63,992 bases of DNA, filler included, from Malassezia furfur (GCA_052055015.1; 23 parts of 23 records of this genome joined end to end with filler, not necessarily neighbours in it), one strand, 5' to 3'. Shown: positions 34,986 to 46,454, numbered from the whole stretch's first letter. Made by a program: numbers and translations. The notes: generated by a model not told the origin, from the letters alone.

Positions 34986-37003
34986 TTACAGCGCCGAGCT
35001 GGGACGCAACTCCAGGCCGAGCGTACGCGCGACAATCGCAAATTCTGGGTTAGTAGCACCGCACGTACTCTCGCTCGCCTCGTCGATTCGTTTCTGTGTG
35101 CTCTTCCCCGCGCCGTGGCCCGCCTGGAGCTCGACGCGGAGGAGCAGGGGGTTGGGGTTGTCCTTGCGTTGGTGCTGCAGCTCCGCAGCGAGCTTGAACG
35201 AATGCGCGGGCACGACTCGGTCGTCATGGTCCGCACATGCGAGTACCATCGTGGGGTAGGTTTTGGTCGCAGACACGTTGTGCAGCGGCGAGTACGCATA
35301 GTTGTAGTCGAACGCCGCGCCGTCCTCCTGCGGGTTGCCATAGTCGGCACACCACGCCTTGCCGATCGTCCAAAGCGGAAACTTGAGCATATCGTGCACA
35401 CCGACGTCGGCGATCGCCGCACCAATACCGTGCTGCTCCTCGCACTGGTTCGCGACGGCCGCGACGCCGAGGCCACCGTTGGAGCCGCCCATAATGGTGA
35501 TCTTGCCCTTGGCCGCGTAGCGCTCCTCGTGCAGGTACTGCGTCGCGGCCATCACGTCATCAAACACATTCTGCTTGTGGAAGAGCATGCCGGCCTCATG
35601 CCACTTGTCGCCGTACTCACCCCCGCCGCGCGCATTGACGAACGCGAGCGTCCCGCCATAGGAAGCGACCCATGTCATCATCGACGGCGAAAAGGTCGGG
35701 TTCAGCGGGATGTTGAAGCCACCATAGAAGTACACCAGCGCAGGCGCCGTGCCGTCGCGCGGCATCGACGTGGGGTGCGTCAGGAACATGGGGATCTGCG
35801 TGCCATCCTTGCTGGTGACAAACACCTGCGTGCTGATGTAGTCGTCTGGTCGGATGCCCGCGACGTGCGTCGTAGAGTACACCGAGACCGTGGGCGGCAC
35901 CACCTCGGCCTGCGGCGTGCCCTCCCACGACAGGCGGTGCACCGTGCCGGGGTTCGCAAACGACACGCTCAGTACGAACGCCTCGCGGTCCGTGCGCAGT
36001 CCGGCGAGCTGGCCAATCGTACCGACCAATTCAGGCAGGAGGCGCTCGACGCGCGTGCCATCGAGCGTGTAGAGCCACAGCTCATCCTTGACGTCACGCG
36101 AGCAGAGCACAAGCAGCTTGTTCTGGTCGACGAGCTTGGCCGCCGTCAGAATCGCCTTGGGGTCCTCGGGGATCACGTCGCGGAAGTCGTCGTGGCGTCC
36201 GCGCAGCGTCGCGACGTGGGCGGTCTGTTGTGCGTTTCGCGCGTCCACATCGAGCGTCACGACACGGTAGTTGGGTGCATCTTTGTTCGTAGTGAAGTAG
36301 AAGCGGTTGCCTTCGTTGCCGATGTAGCTCAGCGTGTACGCAAACTCGGTCACGATTGGGATCCAGGCGAGTTGGTCGAGCGGCTTCCCCTCAAGTTGCG
36401 CGAGGTAGAAGCGCTGCTTGGTGTCGGTGTCCTTGGAGTTCTCCAGGAGCACCCAGCGCCCGTCGTCGGTCACGGTCGGATGCCACATGGAACTCGGCAG
36501 GTCGGTGTCCTTGCCGACGACGCACACATCCTCCGACTGCGGCGTGCCGAGGCGGTGGTAGTACAGTTCGGCGTCTTTGTTTGCATCCGTCTCCGTGCCG
36601 CGGTCCGCGTGGGCCACGGGGGGGTAGCGCTGGTAGAAGAAGCCTTGGTCGTCGTGCGTCCACTCGGCGGTAGAGAACTTGACATTTTCGAGCACGTCCG
36701 GAAGGCGTCCTGCACCGCCCTCGGTGCCGTCGTTCGAGGTAAGCGGCGCATCCGTCGAGCGCACATACAATTTCACCCAGTCCGAGCCGCTCACCGACAG
36801 GCCGTACGCGACGTACTTCCCCGTGTGCGAAAAGGCAGTGAGCGATAGGGCGACGGTGCCGTCGGAGGACAGCACGTTGGTGTCAAAGAACAGCTCACCC
36901 ACAGGTTCCTTGCCACCGTCGTACGCATCGATCTGTTCGCGTGTCGCGCGGTAGATCTGGCTCTGCGGCGCGAGGCCGGCGTTGTACGAGTAGTAGTACC
37001 GCC
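34986..37003 (-). CDS. Prolyl oligopeptidase (S9A), 5'-partial
   Basis: SGSDW, YYHRLGTPQSED, SKDGTQIPMF, YGGF, RGGGEYG, catalytic GGSNGG / ADHDDRV / AGHGAGK; probable 24-nt intron 35045-35068. Confidence 0.95.
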
Positions 37004-37103
37004 NNNNNNNNNNNNNNNNNNNNNNNNNNNNNNNNNNNNNNNNNNNNTTAATTAATTAANNNNNNNNNNNNNNNNNNNNNNNNNNNNNNNNNNNNNNNNN
37101 NNN

Positions 37104-39820
37104 CGCGCTCGCGCTGGTTGCGGGAGTAGTGGTGGAAGTAGGGGCCGACCTCGGCGTAGTACTCGGGGCGCAGCTCGTACATGCCGAGGTCGTGCGTGCC
37201 GTCGGGCGTGCGGAAGGTCGCGACGCGCGCGAGCTCGCGGTCGAGGCTGCCGTGGTCCGTGTACCGCTCGGGGATCTGCTTCGTGACCTCCGAGTAGGTG
37301 CCCGCGCCGAGCGCGAGGTAGTGCACCAGCTCGCGGCGCACCTGGCGCTCGATCGGCCAGTGCGCCGCGGTGCCGACCTCGCTCACGAGCACCACGAGCA
37401 GCAGCAGCAGCTCCTCGGCGACAAACGTCGTCTGCTCCGCGTCGTACACGTCGTGCGGCCCGACGCGCCCGGAGAAGTACGCGAGCAGCTCAAAGCGGTC
37501 GAGCAGCGTCAGCAGGAAGCGGTCGTGCGGCGCAAACGCCAGCGCACACTGCACGAGGAACACGTCCTGGTCGTACATGATGTCGCGCATCCACATGCTG
37601 TCGCGGTAGTGGAACGCCTGCAGCCGGATCCCGTACCCGTTGCGCACCCACACGTTGCACCGGATCTGCGCGAGCTTCACGGCGACCCGCAGCGGGTGCT
37701 CGACGAGCGCGAGCATCGCGTGCTCCGCGATCGGCGGCGCGCGCCCGTCCGCGGGCCCGAGGCTCTTGCACAGCTCGGCCAGCAGCCAGTGCATCGGGTG
37801 GTGGAACGACACGGGGTCGCTCGACACGCAAAACGCCGCCACCGGCGCCGTGGCGCGCGCCACCGCGGCGGGCGCACCCGCCTCCACCTCCGCACTCGGG
37901 AACGCCACCGTGTGCATGCGCGCGGGGACGTGCGTCGCGGGGTCGCGCGCCTCGAGCTGCGCCATGTGCTCGAGCATCGCGTGCGCGACGAACGCAAGCG
38001 CCGCGGCGCGCGCGTCGGGCGTCGCGTGCTGCGCCGCCTCGCCGAGCAGCTTCGCGAGGTGCGCGAGGTGCGAGCTGAGCAGGAACAGCTGGTGCCACAC
38101 CTCGCTCTCGAACTCGACGTGCGCGTGCGCGGCGCGCGTGTCCGGCCCGATGCCGTGGAAGAGCGCAAAGAACGCGAGCCACGGGCCGAGGAAGCGCTGC
38201 GCGTCCGCGGCGATGCGCACCTGCACGTCGTGCGGCGCGACGAGGTAGCGCGTGTCGTAGAACACGCGGTAGCACTTGGACTGGCTCAGCAGCGCCGCGC
38301 TCGGGTTCGCCTGCCCGCGCGCGGGCGGCGCTGCGGGCAGCGTGAGGTGCGTGAGGCGCGTGTCGTAGTCGCTCGCAAACAGCGCCTGCAGGACGCCGCG
38401 CAGCGTGTCGAGGAAGCCGTGCGCAAGCACGAGCTCCGCCGCGACGCTCGGCACGCTGAACAGCTGCACGGTGATGTGGTAGATCGAGTGCTCCGGCTCG
38501 CGGTCGTGCAGGATGAACGTCTCGATCAACCGGGGGTACACGTACGCAAAGCGCACCGCGAGCGCCAGCTTCGCCTCGCGGCACGCAATCACGTCCATGA
38601 TGAGCGCACGCACGTCGAGGCGCGCCGCCTTCCACATCTTGACGTCGAGCAGCAGCAGCGTGTCGAGCTGGCACACGTGCGCGGGGTCGAACAGCGCGCG
38701 CGAGATGGCGGGCGACGCCGCGGCGTCCGCGTCGTTGAGCGTCCACGGCGCGAGCAGCAGGTGCGCGAGCACCACCTTGACGGCGCGCGCGTCGGGCGTG
38801 CCGTCCGCGGTGTACACGGCGCACCGCGCGAGGTCCACGAGGAACGCGAGCACCTCGCCCGCGACCTCCTGCACATAGACGTCGAACGCGGGCGCCATCG
38901 TCACCAGCAGGCCGTGGATGTTGATGCGGCGCGCCATGATCACGAGGCGCCGCAGCTCCGGCAGGATCGCGAGCACCTCGCGCCCGTGCTGGTCGACGCG
39001 CTCGGCAAACGCACGCGCGCCCTGCACCGACATGCCGGGCTTCACCTCGAGCAGCCGGTCGGACACCTCGTTGAACGAGTGCCGCTCGTCGTTCCACAGC
39101 AGCGCCGCAAACGGCGGCGACGCGTCCGTCGCGGGCGCAAACACGCGCTCAAACGACGGCATGCGCTTCAGCTCCTCGACGAGCTCGGGGCCCAGCGCGG
39201 GCGCGCGCCGCTGCTCGGCGGCGCCCAGCACCTCGAGCACGAACGCGAGCAGCTGCGCGGCGAACGGCAGGAGTGCGTCGCGCGCGGGCGCGGGCGCCGC
39301 CGCGTACAGCTCGTCGAGCGTCACGGGCGCGCGCGCGCCGTCGTCGCCGTCGTCGTCCGCGCGTTGCTCCGCGCCGCGGGGGTGCTCGCTATGAAAGTCG
39401 CAGCGCAGGTCGCACTTCCACGCCTCGACGTCGCCGCAGTCGCAGCACGCGCCGCTCTCGTCCGCGACGCTGAACACAATGTCGTGCTGCTCCTCGGCAT
39501 GGATCGAGTGCTCAAAGCACGTACTGCACTGCACACACGTGTCGTCGTACGAGCAGTCGTGGCACCGGAAGATGGGCTCGCCCTTGCGGAACACGTGGCC
39601 GCACGCCATGCCGCGGCGCAGCGTCGAGTACTCGGGCAGCGCGAGCGGCTCGCCGTCCGCGGACGACGCGAGCGTGTCGGCGGTGCGCTGCGCGTGCGAC
39701 AGGCTGTGCCCGCTGCGCGCGAGCAGCGCACGCGCCGCGTCGACGCCGTGCCGCTCGCGCTGCTCTTCCCGGCGCGTGCGGCGCTCCGTCTCGGTCGGAC
39801 GCCCTGCCCGCGGCCTGTCT
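37104..39820 (-). CDS. UBR1: N-end rule E3 ubiquitin ligase Ubr1, N-terminal half (partial)
   Basis: UBR box CGHVFRKGE...CCDCGDVEAW, ClpS-like LWNDERHSF, DREPEHS, VQLFSVPS, VSFHHPMHW, WVRNG. Confidence 0.95.
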
Positions 39821-39920
39821 NNNNNNNNNNNNNNNNNNNNNNNNNNNNNNNNNNNNNNNNNNNNTTAATTAATTAANNNNNNNNNNNNNNNNNNNNNNNN
39901 NNNNNNNNNNNNNNNNNNNN

Positions 39921-40083
39921 CGGCGAGGCGCGCGTCCGCGTCGCGCGCGAGCGCCGCGAGCTCGGCGTGCAGCGCGCTGAGCTCCTCGATGCTCGGCAGC
40001 GCGCTCGTGGGCGCGACGTAGCGCACAAACGTCGGCGCCGCGGCGCGCAGCGCCGCGCATGCGTCGCGGCTGCCGTGCGCCAT
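39921..40083 (-). CDS. 5' end of a gene divergent from the transporter (possibly Ada3/Ngg1-like)
   Basis: MAHGSRDAC...LPSIEELSALHAEL is open to the contig edge; family assignment is weak. Confidence 0.4.
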
Positions 40084-40132
40084 GGCGTCGAAAGCCACGT
40101 GGCGCGCAGGCGGCACGTGGTGTCCCGCCACG

Positions 40133-42297
40133 ATGCTCGCTCCGTCGCAGGCGAACGCGCTGATCTACGCGACGCTGTGTGGCTTCCTGCTGATCGGCCT
40201 GTGGGCCGGCTACCACACCAAAAACAAGCGCGAGTTCATCAGCGGCGTGCGCACACAGTCGGGTACGTCGCCACTGCTCACGCAGCGCTGCCGCTCGCGC
40301 TGAACTGGATCTCGTCGAGTGCGTGTGGGAGGCCTGGGCGACTCGGTCGGCCCGCCCGGTAAGGGCGCACTCCCTCGGTCTTCGTCGTTTTCGTTTCGTC
40401 GTGTCCTGCGCGTCAGGCAGGTAGGGTCAGCAGCCACGGGTGTCCGCGCTCTCTAGGGCCTGCGCATCGCTTGCGAACGCGGGCCATGGGCGCGGGCTGA
40501 GATTACACCGTCACGTCCGCCGGACGTAACCTGAACGAGATCACGCTCGCGAAGGGAGTGCTGCTTACGCCGCGGGGCGTTGGACCTAGCGCTAGGGCCT
40601 GGTGCGTGGGGCTAACCACAGACATGTCGTCGTCGCTGCTCGAGGCGTATCCGCAGCTGGCGCTCATCCCGAACGCGGGCATCCTCGGCCTCGCCGCGTA
40701 CGCGTTCGCGACGATCGCGCCCGTGTGGGCGTTTGGCGTGTTCGGGCCGCTGATCCGCCGCATGTGCCCGGACGGCTTCACGCTGAGCGAGTTCATCCGG
40801 CGGCGCTTTGGGTGGCCGATCGGGGTATTTAGTGCGCTGGTGTTTATCGGCTTCATGTTCTGCTTCATGATCGTCGAGCTGAACACGTACGGCTCGATCC
40901 TGTACACGCTGCAGCCGAACCTCGGCAAGTCCGTGCAGTGGGTCGGGCCGCTGGTGATCGCCGTCACCACGACGCTCTACACCGCGTACGGCGGCTTCAA
41001 AGCGTCGCTGTGGACGGACAACTTTAACGCAGTGTGTGTCATGGTGATGATCATCGTCGCGGGCGTCATGATCGGCACGCGCCTCGACATCTCGCACGAC
41101 GCCGTCGAGGCGAGCGGCCTGCTCCGCCCGCAGAAGCTCGGCGGCGAGCTGTGGTACATCCTGCCCGTGTCGATCACCTTTGCGCAGATGTTCAACCAGG
41201 GCTTCTGGCAGCGCGCGTTCGCCTCCAGAAACAACCGCAGCCTCTACCTCTCGGTCGTGCTCGCGAGCATCCCCCTGTTCGCCATCTGCTTCGTCGTCGG
41301 CATGGCCGGGCCCGTGGCGCAGTGGGCCGGCCTCCAGGCGCCGCCGAACGACGAGGACGACGGGTCGTATGCGCTCTTCTACATCCTCGCCGTGATGCCC
41401 AACTGGGTCACGGGCGTGGTGCTCGTTCTTACCGGCGTGCTCTCCTCGAGCGCGTACGACACCTTCCAGTCCGCGCAGATCAGCGTGATCGAAAGCGACC
41501 TCTTCCTCGGGCGCGTCAACATCTGGTGGTGCCGCCTGATCCTCATCGCGCTCAACGTTCCGTGCGTCGTGCTCGCGGCGATCAACATCGACATCCTGCA
41601 GGTGTTCATCGTCGCGGACCTCGCGTCGCTCGCGATCGTGCCCGCCGTGTTCCTCGGCCTGATCCCCTGCCTGTACTTCTACAAGGGGATCGACGTGTTC
41701 GTCGGCGGGTGCGGCGGCTTCCTCACCGTGTTCGTGTTCGGCACCATCTTCTACGGCGACGCCAAGCAGGGCGGCGCGCTCATCGGCATGCCCGACGGCC
41801 TCTACGTCGAGGACTACAGCGTGCTCGGCGCGTTTTTCGCCGCGCCGCTCGGCGGCCTCGGCTTTGCGCTCGGCTCGTGCGCCGTGCGCATCGCCGTGTG
41901 CTACGTGTACGCGCGCGCGACCGGCACGCCGTTCACCGCGCTCGACAAGCCCGCGTACCACACCGGCGACTACGTCCTCCCCGAGGACCGCCCCGCGTCC
42001 TTCTTTGGCTTCCGCGGCTCGGGCAACCCCGAGGACGGCCGCCACCTCGAGCCGTCCACGCTCTCGGCCGACGAGGCCGAGTTCCACACCAAGCTCCACA
42101 GCACGGCGGACCCCGCGTGGATGCACTGGTGGCCGTTCACGCGGCGCGCCTCGCACACCTCGGACGGCGCGGCCGCCGACGACGCGGTCGTCGACGCGGC
42201 GGACGACAACAAGGACGCCGCGCTCGACGACCCCGCGCTCGACGACGCCGCCACCGCGTGGCCCGCCGCCCCGCAGCAGCCCACGCACACGTCATAG
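40133..42297 (+). CDS. Sodium:solute symporter-family transporter (Dur3-related, N. crassa NCU01977-like); putative thiamine or precursor transporter
   Basis: Exons 40133-40262, 40286-40318, 40622-42297 give ...RTQSALPLALNWISSNMSSSLLEAYPQLA...; many TM helices; GFTLSEFIRRRFG, YTAYGGFKASLWTD, QGFWQRAFAS. Confidence 0.9.
40429..40565 (+). ncRNA. TPP (thiamine pyrophosphate) riboswitch aptamer in intron 2 of the transporter
   Basis: P1 AGCAGC/GCTGCT, GGGTGT, long P3 (CCGCGCTC/GGGCGCGG, GGCCTGCG/CGCGGGCC), invariant CTGAGA at 40497-40502, ACACCGT, then AACCTGAA-CGAG-ATCACG-CTCG-CGAAGGGA (P4/P5). Confidence 0.93.
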
Positions 42298-42304
42298 GGT
42301 ATCG

Positions 42305-42628
42305 CTAGCGCGCCTCACTACGTACACGCTTCGCACCGCCGCCCTCGTCGGGCACCGACGTCGCGGCACTCAGCGGCGCAACGCGGTCCGCCACGCCGCC
42401 GTGCGTCTCGGGCGCCTCGGCCGTATCGAGCTCGTCGACGCGCCCCTCGGGCACGCGGTACACCGCCTCCGCGTCGCCGGGCGCCGCAAGCCCCGCGGCA
42501 CGCTGCGTCGGCGCGTCCTCGGGCGCGTCGGCGCCGCCGTGCAGAAAGGGGATCGGCGAAAAGATCGGCTCCGCCTCGGCGCTCGCCGCGCGGCTCTGCG
42601 CCCAGGGCGGGTCAAGCGCCGCATCGGA
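42305..42628 (-). CDS. 3' end of an unidentified convergent gene
   Basis: Frame ...AEAEPIFSPIPFLHGG...GGAKRVRSEAR* has typical codon usage and ends 7 nt from the transporter stop. Confidence 0.4.
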   Translation of the reverse strand, partial: SDAALDPPWAQSRAASAEAEPIFSPIPFLHGGADAPEDAPTQRAAGLAAPGDAEAVYRVPEGRVDELDTAEAPETHGGVADRVAPLSAATSVPDEGGGAKRVRSEAR

Positions 42629-42728
42629 NNNNNNNNNNNNNNNNNNNNNNNNNNNNNNNNNNNNNNNNNNNNTTAATTAATTAANNNNNNNNNNNNNNNN
42701 NNNNNNNNNNNNNNNNNNNNNNNNNNNN

Positions 42729-43655
42729 AAATACGCCGCGCGCAGCTCGAGCAGCTCGGCGTGCAGCGCGGCGTATTTGGCATGGTGCGCGGCATGCAGC
42801 GATTCAAGTAGGGACTAGGTGTCAGTCCAAAAAAAAAAAACGTACATAATCGGGAGCACGGTAGCCCAGCGCATCGGCGATCTCGGCGAGCGACTCGGTG
42901 CGCGGCGTGTGTGCGGCGGGGGAGGTGAACGCCACAAGCTGCGTATGCACCGCCGCGAGCTCGGTTGCATGCTGCGCTTCGTTCGCCTCGAGTGCCGCGA
43001 CGCGCTCGGTGGCCTTTTGCAGCGCCGCACGCGCCTCGTCGCGCTCGGCCACAAGGGCGTCACGCTCCGCCGCGGTCGGTGCATCGGCGTGTGCCTCCTG
43101 GGCACGGGCGAGGGCGGCGCGGTGCTCCTGCGCGGCCTCGTCGAGGGCCGCCTGCTTCGTCCGCGCCGCCTCTTCCAGGGCCGCCTGTTTGTCGCGAGCG
43201 GCCGCGTCGAGCGCGGACTGATGCGCCTGCACGGCCTCATCGATGGCCGCCTGCTTCTTCCGCACGGCCTCGTCGATGGCCGCCTGCTTGTCCTCCTCGT
43301 GCTGCGCCGACATCGCGACGAGCTGCTCGGCGAAGGCGCTGTGGCTCTCGGCAAATGCGCGCTGCACGTCCTCGAGCTCGGTACGCGCAGCCTCCAGCTG
43401 AGCCCGTAGGTCTTCAAGTTCGTGTGCATCGGCCTCGGTCGCGGCCGGCGCCGCGGTCGCCTCGGCCTTCCCCGCATCGTCGCGTGGGTGGGATGCCGGG
43501 CGGTGGTCGTCGTGGGTCGCCTCGGCGGGCGTCTCGCGCGTGGGCGATGGTGTGGCAGGCCCAGGTGACCCGCTTTCCGTGGGCGCTGCCGTGCCCTCGT
43601 CCGCGGCGCGCGCGGCACGCGCCGCGGCCTTGGCCTTGCGTGCGCCTTTGGCCAT
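42729..43655 (-). CDS. Coiled-coil hypothetical protein, 3'-partial
   Basis: MAKGARKAK...; 11-residue periodic KQAAIDEAV/KQAALEEAA repeats; intron GTACGT-T-run-GACTGACACCTAG near 42815-42845. Confidence 0.65.
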
Positions 43656-43748
43656 CCTCGCGGCCGCTCGAGCCAACCCACGTGGGCGCACGTGGGTTCG
43701 CGCAAACCGTCGGCGACGGACCTGCTTGCCACTGCCGCGTGTTGTGCG

Positions 43749-45251
43749 ATGTCGTGGAGAAACAATGCCCAGATCACGGGCATGAATGCACAGCCGCTCG
43801 GCAATGTGCGCCGCTGGGGCTCGGGCGGCGGCAGCGCGGGGGCGAACAGCGGCGCCCCGCCTGCCAACGACTACCCCAAGCGCCGTGCCGACGACGATGC
43901 GCCGCGCTACGGCGGCGATGGCGCGGCGCGTGCCGGCGATGGTGGCGGCTACGGTGCGCGCAAGCGGCGCTCGCGCTGGGGCGGCACTGCGGAGCGCACG
44001 GATGGTGCGCCCGCCGCCATCTCGGGCCAGGTGTCTGCGCAAGAACTCGATCGGTACGCGATCCAAGTGCGGCTGGACGAGATCAACCGCAAGCTGCGCA
44101 TCGGCGACATTGTGCCGCCCGAGCGCGAGCGGTCGCCATCGCCCCCGCCGACGTACGACCTGTACGGTCGCCGGAACAATACACGCGAGATGCGCTACCG
44201 CAAGAAGCTCGAAGAGGAGCGCATTCGGCTCGTGGAGCGGCAGATGAAGGTCGACCCCACCTTCCGCCCGCCCGCCGAGTACCAGGCGGCGAAGCGGTCG
44301 ATGCGCCCTACGGAGAAGGTGTATTTGCCCGTGCGCGAGTTCCCCGAGATCAACTTCTTTGGGCTGCTCGTCGGCCCGCGTGGGAATACGCTGAAGAAGA
44401 TGGAGAGCCAGAGCGGCGCCAAGATCCATATCCGTGGGCGCGGCAGCGTCAAGCACGGCAAGGGCGCGGGCGGCGGCGGCGCCGAGGAGGAGGACATGCA
44501 CTGCATCGTCACCGCCGACACCGAGCGCCAGGTGAAGCACTGCATCAAGCTGATCAACGAGGTGGTCTCCACCGCGGCCTCCACGCCCGAGACGCAGAAC
44601 GACCACAAGCGCAGCCAGCTGCGTGAGCTCGCCGTGCTGAACGGCACGCTGCGCGACGACGAGAACCAGATCTGCCAGAACTGCGGCGAAAAGGGCCACC
44701 GCAAGTTTGAGTGCCCCAACGACCGCTGGGGCGGCGTCGGCGGCGGCATCGTGTGCCACCGGTGCGGCGGGCACGGTCATGTTGCACGCGACTGCATCGT
44801 GACGCGCGACGCGTTCGGCATGCCGGGCCAGATCGACTCGGAGTACGCGAGCTTGATGGCCGAGCTCGGCGAGGATGCCTATGCGCCGCGCGCGGGCGGC
44901 GCCATGCCCCTGCTCAACGAGAAGGGCGAAAAGATCCCGCCGTGGCGCGACCCCAACGTGTGGAACGCGCCGAGCGGCGGCGCGGACCGCGCCGCGTACA
45001 CCGACGCCGCCGCCGACGCGGGGTGGGGCGAGCAGCCTTACGACTACGCGCAGCCGGCGGGCGAGCAGCGCGACTACTCGGCCGAGTGGGCCGCCTACTA
45101 CGCCGCGCAGGCCGCGCAGCAGGGCGGCGAGGCGCCCGGCGCCGAGGGGCAGCCGGTGCGCGACTACACCAAGGAGTGGGAAGAGTATTACCGGCAGCAG
45201 GCGCTGGCACAGGGGCAGGCGTACCCCGCGCAGGCTGCGCCGTCAGGATAG
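43749..45251 (+). CDS. MSL5: Branchpoint-binding protein / splicing factor 1
   Basis: ULM RKRRSRWG, RSPSPPPTYD, KH domain INFFGLLVGPRGNTLK, QUA2, two CCHC zinc knuckles. Confidence 0.96.
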   Translation: MSWRNNAQITGMNAQPLGNVRRWGSGGGSAGANSGAPPANDYPKRRADDDAPRYGGDGAARAGDGGGYGARKRRSRWGGTAERTDGAPAAISGQVSAQELDRYAIQVRLDEINRKLRIGDIVPPERERSPSPPPTYDLYGRRNNTREMRYRKKLEEERIRLVERQMKVDPTFRPPAEYQAAKRSMRPTEKVYLPVREFPEINFFGLLVGPRGNTLKKMESQSGAKIHIRGRGSVKHGKGAGGGGAEEEDMHCIVTADTERQVKHCIKLINEVVSTAASTPETQNDHKRSQLRELAVLNGTLRDDENQICQNCGEKGHRKFECPNDRWGGVGGGIVCHRCGGHGHVARDCIVTRDAFGMPGQIDSEYASLMAELGEDAYAPRAGGAMPLLNEKGEKIPPWRDPNVWNAPSGGADRAAYTDAAADAGWGEQPYDYAQPAGEQRDYSAEWAAYYAAQAAQQGGEAPGAEGQPVRDYTKEWEEYYRQQALAQGQAYPAQAAPSG

Positions 45252-45303
45252 TGGTACAGTAGCGCTACAAGGCCGAGACGGGGTATCTAGAGGCGCCAGG
45301 GGC

Positions 45304-45428
45304 CTACGGCGCGTCCTGGGTGCGCTTGGCGCTCGCGACGATGCGCCGCGCCTCCCAGTTCAGGTACGCATCGCGCCCGGCCTCCCACTCGCCGCGCCCG
45401 ACGCCAACAAGCAGCTGTACGAGCGCGC
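45304..45428 (-). CDS. 3' end of an unidentified convergent gene
   Basis: ...GRGEWEAGRDAYLNWEARRIVASAKRTQDAP* is open from the contig edge. Confidence 0.4.
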
Positions 45429-45528
45429 NNNNNNNNNNNNNNNNNNNNNNNNNNNNNNNNNNNNNNNNNNNNTTAATTAATTAANNNNNNNNNNNNNNNN
45501 NNNNNNNNNNNNNNNNNNNNNNNNNNNN

Positions 45529-46387
45529 GCCTCGGACGCCGCCTCCGCCCCGGCGTCGTCGGGCGCCTCGGCAGCGACGGCCTCGGCGGCGGGCGCAAAC
45601 TCCAGCGGCGCATACCACTGCACCTGGCTCTCGAGCTGCACGTCGTACACATCACGTAGCGCATGCAGCAGACGCGCGAGCGGCGCGAGCGGCGCAAGGC
45701 CAGGCGGCATAACTCCATCGCGCTGCTCGAGCGCCGCGAGCGCCTGCTGGAGGTCCCACCCGCTCGCGGCGCCCCCGCTGCTCGCGTCCTCGTTGAGCAG
45801 CGAAAAGACGATGCGGACCACCTTGGCGTACTGGATGCGCGCGAGGTCGTGCGTCGCGCGGGCGTCGACTTGGAGCGGCGCGAGCTGCGCCGCGACGGCG
45901 TCGGCCACGGCGTCATCGGAAGTGCCGTCCGGGACACACACGGAAAAGAGGGTGTCGTTGCACGCGTGCTGCGGGTACAGCTGCAGTGTGTAGGCGGCGG
46001 CCGCGTGCGACGCGCGCGGTGCGTCGGCCGCCGGTGCGTCGGCGGCACAGGCGTCTGCCTCGACGTGCCAGTCGATGCACGCGGCGTCCGCGGGGTCAAG
46101 CGCACCGAGGCGGTGCTCGAGTGCGCGGCACACATCTGCGCTAAGCGGCACGCCGTGCGGCGCAAGCGCGACGCGCACGGCAGCGCGAACGGGGCAAGCC
46201 TGCGTCAGTCATCCCGAAGACGTACAGCGCGATCCTCCCACACACGCACGGGCTGCACAGGCAGCGGCAGGCGCGTGATGTTCGTCGTGTGCCACCACAC
46301 CGGGAGCGCCGCGACGATCACCACGACGAACGACACGAGCACGGCGACGCGCGTGCGCGACGCCTGCGACGACGGCGCCTCGGCCAT
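45529..46387 (-). CDS. GPI17: GPI transamidase subunit PIG-S, 3'-partial
   Basis: N-terminal TM then LPVWWHTTNITRLPLP; YAKVVRIVFSLLNED...WD; VQLESQVQWYAPL; one 26-nt intron. Confidence 0.85.
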
Positions 46388-46454
46388 CGTAGTGCCACGT
46401 GGTCCGGCTGTCGTGCGTGCGGCCGGAGTGTGGAGGTGGTGCGACTACCCCACC

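Noticed and set aside
34986..37003. Prolyl oligopeptidase as a POPB-type RiPP macrocyclase
   Set aside because: No MSDIN-like precursor is on the contig and the neighbour is housekeeping TMA20; an ordinary POP is the simpler reading.
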